Position numbers and translations under genes: made by a program
The notes under the pieces: generated by a model
What the model was told of the DNA's origin: nothing
Database searches by the model: none
Seen by the model: only the letters and a program-made list of their open reading frames with translations
Shown: positions 61,301 to 64,000 of the stretch, in pieces
Position numbering within the stretch: position 1 is the first letter of the stretch
How the letters are laid out: each line of letters begins with the position of its first letter
Source: Azolla caroliniana
Taxonomy: Eukaryota; Plantae; Polypodiophyta
Direction: 5' to 3'
DNA length: 64,000 nt
NCBI GenBank assembly: GCA_043228905.1
Contig: JBHGNT010000002.1
Location: 11,036,001-11,100,000 of the forward strand

Positions 61301-63657
61301 ATCTGAAAATGTAGAAGATTGCCACAGAGATGGAAGCAAGGTTGGACAGCAAAGTCCAACATCAACAGAATGTTCTGGACCATCAAAAAGCTCAGATGGT
61401 AAATCTGATTCGAATTCTTGGAGTGGAAAAAGTGGAGGACACAAAAAATGTGATGATAAAAAAGGAAAACAGAAAATGCCATAGTATGAAATGTTGGATG
61501 ACTTGTCTAAAAACATGGAAGATGAGGATTCAGATATGTCATTGGATGATCTTCTTGGTATAAGAGGATTGAAAATCCCTGGTATGGAAAAAGCATTGAA
61601 GGATGCAAATCAAAAACTGAGAAGATCAGATAGAGAGAAAAAAATTGTTGAAAGATTTGGTTATGATACATATATGGCTATGCATTATGCATATATGTCT
61701 AAGGTGGTATAGATCCCTGATCCAAGTAGTTTTGATGAGGCTAAAACTGAGAAGAAATGGGTGGATGCAATGCAAGAAGAGATTGATGCATTGGCTGAAA
61801 ACAGAACATGGGATTTGGTGAAGTTAGCAAAAGGAAAAAATGTGGTAGGTTGCAAATGGGTCTAAAAGACAAAGCATGATTCCAGTAGGAATGTAAATAG
61901 ACATAAAGCAAGATTGGTTGCAAAGGGATATGCCCAAATGCAAGGAATTGATTATGATGAGACATTTGTACTGGTTGCAAAGATGGCAACATTGAGGACA
62001 TTACTGGTTGTAAGTGTAGCCAGAAGATGGTGTCTTCATCATATGGATGTAAAAAATGCCTTTTTACATGGTAACTTGGAAGAAGAAGTGTATATGTGTC
62101 AACCACAAGGTTTTGAAGATAGGAAGCATCCAGATTATGTATGTAAGCTGAAAAAGGCTCTCTATGGACTGAAACATGCACCAAGAGCATGGCACAGAGA
62201 ACTTTCAGATTATCTGAAAAAACTTGACTTCAAAATGTCAAAGGTTGATTCATCATTGTATGTTAAAAGGGAAGATGATTGTATTGTTGTGATTCTGATT
62301 TATGTTGATGATCTCATCATTGGAGGTGATTCCATGGATGAAATAAGTAAGCTGAAAAGAAATTTGGAAATGCAGTTTCATATGAAAGATTTGGGAGATT
62401 TGAGATATTTTTTGGGTATTGAAATCATCTGTGTGTTGCAAAGACAATATGCAACAACTATGTTGAAAAAGTATGGTATGCTTGGATGCAAACCTATTGG
62501 AGTACCACTAGATAAAAACCTATTGCAAATTGAGGGCTGATTTGGGAGCCAAAATAGAAGATGTAAACATGTGCAGGTCTATGGTGGGTAGCCTTATTTA
62601 TTTGACCATAACAAGACCTGATTTGAGTTATGCAGTTGGATTAGTCAGCCAATTTATGCAACAGCCAACAAAGCCGCATTTGGACTGCATTAGAAGAATT
62701 CTGAGGTATGTAAAAGCTACTCAGAACTATGGATTGTTTTACAGGGCTGATTTGGACATAAATCTGGAAGGATATACAGATGCTGATTGGGCTAGAAGCC
62801 AAACAAATAGAAGATCCACAAGTGGATATATGTTTACATTGGGAAGTGCAGGTATTTCATGGAGTAGCAAGAAACAAGCTACTATTGCATTGTCTAGTAC
62901 TGAAGCTGAATACAGAGGAGCCGCCATAGCCACTTGTGAAAAGGTATGGATCAGAAGATTGCTTGCTGATTTGGGAGAGTATATAGATGGTACTATCACA
63001 ATCTGGTGTGACAATATGAGCAGCATCCAGCTTGCAAAAAACCCAATGTTCCATGCAAGAACAAAGCACATTGAAGTGCATTATCACTTTGTTAGAGAAA
63101 AAGTGATTGAAGGAGAAGTTGATCTGGTGTATGTGAATACAAATCAGCAGGTTGTTGATATTCTCACAAAGGGATTGAGTGTGGAAAAGCATACACAGTT
63201 TCGGAACATGATGGAAGTTGTAGACACTGATATGATGGCTGAAAAGCATCATGGAAAAGAAGTTGTAGATAACCCCAAGAAAGGATAAGTTGAGCTTGAG
63301 GGGGAGTGTTGAGAAGCAAGCTCAACATGGTATGTGATGCTTATTGGGAAATAAGATGTAGTAGCTATTTAGCTACTTGTGAACATAAAGGAGAAACAGC
63401 TAATTAGCTATTGACAACTATTTAGCGACTGACAGCTAATTAGCTACAGGCAGCTAATTAGGTGCATATGTAAGTAACTTATTACTTAGGTAAAAAGTAA
63501 GAGAGTAGGTAAGTAAGAAATATACAAGAAGTAGAACTTTGAGAGAGAGAGTGAGGATAGAGAGGAAGAACTCAGAGAGTGAAAGTAGAAGAGAGAAACA
63601 GACGAGAGCAAGTAGAGATCTGTGTGTAATGAAATAGAAGAAGTTTTGGCTGCTAGA
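58364..63657 (+). mobile_element. Ty1/copia element J (AT-rich); 3' LTR interrupted at 63658
   Basis: 5' LTR 58364-58829, PBS TGGTATCAGAG at 58830, PPT GAGGGGGAG at 63298-63306, 3' LTR from 63307. Confidence 0.96.
58968..63288 (+). pseudogene. Copia J gag-pol with several stops
   Basis: ORFs 59184-59828 (CCYCGKPGHTQAEC), 60009-61280 (IN), 61914-62540 (LIYVDD) and 62530-63288 (RNase H). Confidence 0.93.
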
Positions 63658-64000
63658 TGTCATGAACACATGACCATTATGGCGTCACCTGGACTTGAAC
63701 CTCGAACCTTGTAATTCATACTTGAAAACCTCAACCATTAAGATAGCTTATTGTTATATGAAACAATAAAAGCTACTTCTTGTATTACATTGATTATTGT
63801 AAAAACTCTAGATTATTCTAGAATGTTCTAGAATGTCCTAGAGCATTCTAGGTCTAGAACATTCTAGAACATTCTAGAAATCTCTAAGCTATTCTATAGG
63901 AACCTATAAATAAGCGCATACATGTATTCTCAAATCAATTCGAATCAACACCAGTCTTTAGCTCTCATTACATATCTTGTATCCATTCTCTTTCTTTCTC
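63658..64000 (+). mobile_element. C-family chromovirus LTR inserted in the 3' LTR of J; runs off the window
   Basis: Near-identical to 9198-9540, starting TGTCATGAACACATGACC. Confidence 0.96.

Overview
Eukaryotic plant genomic DNA, probably a fern or other seed-free vascular plant (inferred from the TE lineages, not proven). It holds one intact host gene, a 4-exon type-II pectin methylesterase (minus strand, 38657-36848), inside a deeply nested retrotransposon array. Left nest: copia A contains copia B, and chromovirus C sits in A's 5' LTR and itself contains young copia D. Middle: a local segmental duplication, solo LTRs, non-autonomous LTR element E, a non-LTR insertion and a near-complete LINE that does not look like plant L1. 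Right nest: copia G, chromovirus H (containing non-autonomous F and Athila/Tat-like I), then copia J with another C-family LTR in its 3' LTR. Most boundaries are fixed by TG..CA ends and 5-bp TSDs read from the sequence. Best leads: (1) a ~40-nt tRNA-3'-end-like motif with a covarying inserted hairpin, lying where a polypurine tract is expected next to three different LTRs; (2) covarying self-priming duplexes and post-gag frameshift hairpins in two chromoviruses. All alignments were done by eye.
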